DNA of 64,000 nucleotides from Monocercomonoides exilis PA203 (Eukaryota; Protista; Preaxostyla). The notes below the pieces were generated by a model, which did no database searches, was not told where the DNA came from, and saw only the letters and a list, made by a program, of their open reading frames with translations. Shown in pieces: positions 61,347 through 64,000 of the stretch. Every line of letters begins with the position of its first letter. Positions within the stretch are counted from its first letter, which is position 1. The stretch lies in contig LSRY02000055.1 of NCBI GenBank assembly GCA_001643675.2, positions 186,001-250,000 of the forward strand. Reading direction: 5' to 3'. The position numbers were made by a program, and so were the translations under genes.

Positions 61347-64000
61347 AGTGTGTGTTTTCATCGATTTTTCATTCCAACTCACCAATATTCACATAAATTT
61401 TCTTTGAAACTCTAACAAGGATTTGCTTCCATATAAGTGAAATTTGGTGAATTGTGATGAAAACTGGTGAATGTGAACAAAATGTACAGAAAATTCTGTG
61501 ATTCAAATTTATTTATCTTTTATTTATAAACCTAAACAAGTATTAATTAATTCGTATTTGCAATGAATAGAAATAACAAAAAACACCTAAATTTTTATAA
61601 AAATTGATCACACACGTTATTTATTTTATATTTTTGTGAACATATCTTTTGATTTTCGATGTATTTGGGTGATTATTTTTGAAATCATAAATTTTCAAAT
61701 AAAAATTTCGATGATGGATTTTTGCTTCATAACAACGCTAAAAATTGAATTTAGAGATGATATATACAGTATTATCAATTATTTTATAAAGTTCGATTGT
61801 CTCACATTCACTTCAAGAGAATGATTGATATCTTTTCAAGTTTTTTTTGAAAAATCAATTTTGTTAATAACGAATTGTGATTCAAAAATAAAACAGCCAG
61901 CTGATGCATTGGCTTTCAATATATGAAATGTTATTAAAAAAAACAACAATGATCAATAAAAAGAATTCTCATTTGAAAAAAGAAAAAAAATAAGGGAATG
62001 TTTGTGTAATTAAATATGGCAAAATTTTTTTTTAATTATTGTGTATTTCAATAACAGTTACAACTGAAGGACGTAGACAAATCGTAAATATTCATTGATC
62101 TTTGCATCTATTGGTCTTTACCACTTCTTTCGAATAAATCATTGTTTGGATAAAAAATATGACTGATTGAAAAGATAAGAAGTTTAATAAAAAAAGGAGT
62201 TACTTGGATCAGTCCATTCGATTGCAGGCGTATTTTTGTCAAAGAAGTTTTTTAAAATATTCATTGTCTGAAATGAATTTTTTTAGTATTTAACAGTTCT
62301 TTCTTTGATCCTTTTTATGTTGGACTTTGTTTTTTACGTTGCAATTTTTAAAGACTGTTATTTATTGTCAAACTGTTTCTTTTTTTTTGATAGCATGCTG
62401 ATTTTTCCTTTTTTGTAATTATCTTCTTCTCAAACCAATCCAAAATAATAATAAATCTTTAAACCGAATAAAGCACTAAAGTTTAATGGTTGTAAATTTC
62501 ATCCACAACTTTTGGAGATCGGAAGATTGAAGAAAATTTTTTTCTTTGTGTTTAATATTTTTTCTTTTATGACTGTTATTTTTTATTTTGAAAAAAGTTT
62601 CTTGCTCATTTCAACAAGATGAAATGTTAAAAAAGCAAACATAACGAATCAGTAAACTTACAACTGTGCATATCACAAATCTTTTTTTGGGTTTTCTTTT
62701 TTGTTTAATAATTTCATGAATTTGAAAAAATAAATATTTGAAAAATTAAAACAATATCAATAATTATTTTACTTGAAAATGACAACCTCAGAGTGATTTC
62801 CTGCGTGATTTGTTCTCAATGACACTTCAACTTTTCCATCTCTGTGTTCAGCGAATGATTGGAACAAGGCAACTGGTTGGTGGAACTCCAGAGAAGAAGT
62901 ATTTAGGAAGGTGTACATGCTGGAGTCAGAAAGCAAGCATCTCAACATTTTAGCATTCCCTCCTTCTTGTGTATACACAATGCCACGTTCATTCATCCTC
63001 AGTCTGACTATCCGAAGTGGAAGGCACCAGTACAAGGAAACTTCCTGCCCTTCTGCTCCAGCTGGCTCTGCAGCACCCGCACACACCCCAGCACCACTGC
63101 ATTCTCCTACGCCTCCTTCCCTTCTCAGCACCTCCGTCACTCTCATGTGCCATGCTCCTTCCTCCCTCCTTTCTGCAGCCTCCCAAATGCACGCACTGCT
63201 GCACGAAAACAAGAGCCATGTCAAATTATATTCAGAATGTGCCAACCCATACACTTTGCCTCAACCACTGGGATAATATCTCCTCCGCCATCTTTCCCTT
63301 TCAGCCCTTCTTTATCTTTTTGACAGCCTTCACGTCAATATGCTGATCCTTTCCATCCCTCTTCTCTCCCACATTGCACTCACCCATCTTAAACAGTCCC
63401 TGCCACTTCCCCTGAATTCAACTCAGCATATTTTTTAATTGCAAAAAAGAAGAGGCCGATGGCAAGTTATGCACCTCTGCTTCCAGACCGAAGCAATTCC
63501 TCAGCTATTCCGAAAACACAAGCACTGTCCTTCACAGTGCCTCTTCCTCCTCGTCAATATCCTTTTCTGCCGACACTTTTCATTTTTGCTCTATCATCTT
63601 TGCATTCGAAGACCCAGCATCCACAGACCACACTCACACATTCAACTATATTTCATCGAAACATCTGCACATCACCTTCATCATTCCACTTCCTCCTTCA
63701 GCTCTTCTTTTCTCTTCCAATTCTCTCTTGGCCTATCTTGAGAAATGTCGTTCATTCGTTATCCTTTCTTCCAAACCTTTGTAACTGAAAAATCCTATTG
63801 ATAAACACATTCAAATAGACTGAAAGGCAAGTTATCTCAGATTTTGTTGTTCCAGTTGATTCTGGATAATCTCTTTGATTTCATTAATGCAAATTTCTTT
63901 TTCAAATAACTAATAAAAAATGATAATGAAATTCAAAAATATCAATAATGGAGTTGTTGATTACATTCACAGTTGCATTTGTGAATCAAAGTTAGCAAAG

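Noticed and set aside
62769-63420. Possible protein kinase pseudogene on the minus strand (..IDVKAVKKIKKG..)
   Set aside because: No HRD, DFG or APE motifs could be recovered, so the resemblance is insufficient.
1-64000. tRNA, rRNA or autonomous transposase/integrase genes
   Set aside because: None were recognisable by eye. Any enzyme driving the rearrangements would be encoded elsewhere or be the general repair machinery.

Overview
AT-rich eukaryotic DNA with GT-AG introns, the standard genetic code and long GAA/TTC tracts. The gene families resemble those of the oxymonad Monocercomonoides; this is my recognition, not a database result. The window is mostly decayed genes and non-autonomous DNA transposons. 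Its dominant feature is eight copies (A-H) of a ~1.5-1.9 kb Cys-rich, GGG-motif, right-handed beta-helix (Pmp/pectin-lyase-like) cassette. Seven cassette cores are uninterrupted ORFs and one (E) is split by a 1-bp deletion, while their flanks have decayed. Only copy B (16556-18517) has an ATG plus signal peptide, and none has a convincing membrane anchor. The copies are patchworks of one another: H is built from segments matching G, F, A and D/E. Six copies sit in three tail-to-tail pairs. Two of these pairs are near-perfect giant palindromes (arms ~3.2 kb and ~5.0 kb) whose outer junctions lie in or next to multicopy repeats and whose inner ends carry a shared 21-nt motif. Together this suggests a recombination-driven surface-protein diversification locus (cassette archive plus palindrome-mediated copying). 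Assembly artefact must be excluded first. Also present: one intact single-pass beta-helix-like membrane protein, one spliced lineage-specific helical-repeat gene and its deleted paralogue, a CFAP61 gene fragment, several MITE/foldback elements, and a 5-copy dispersed repeat.
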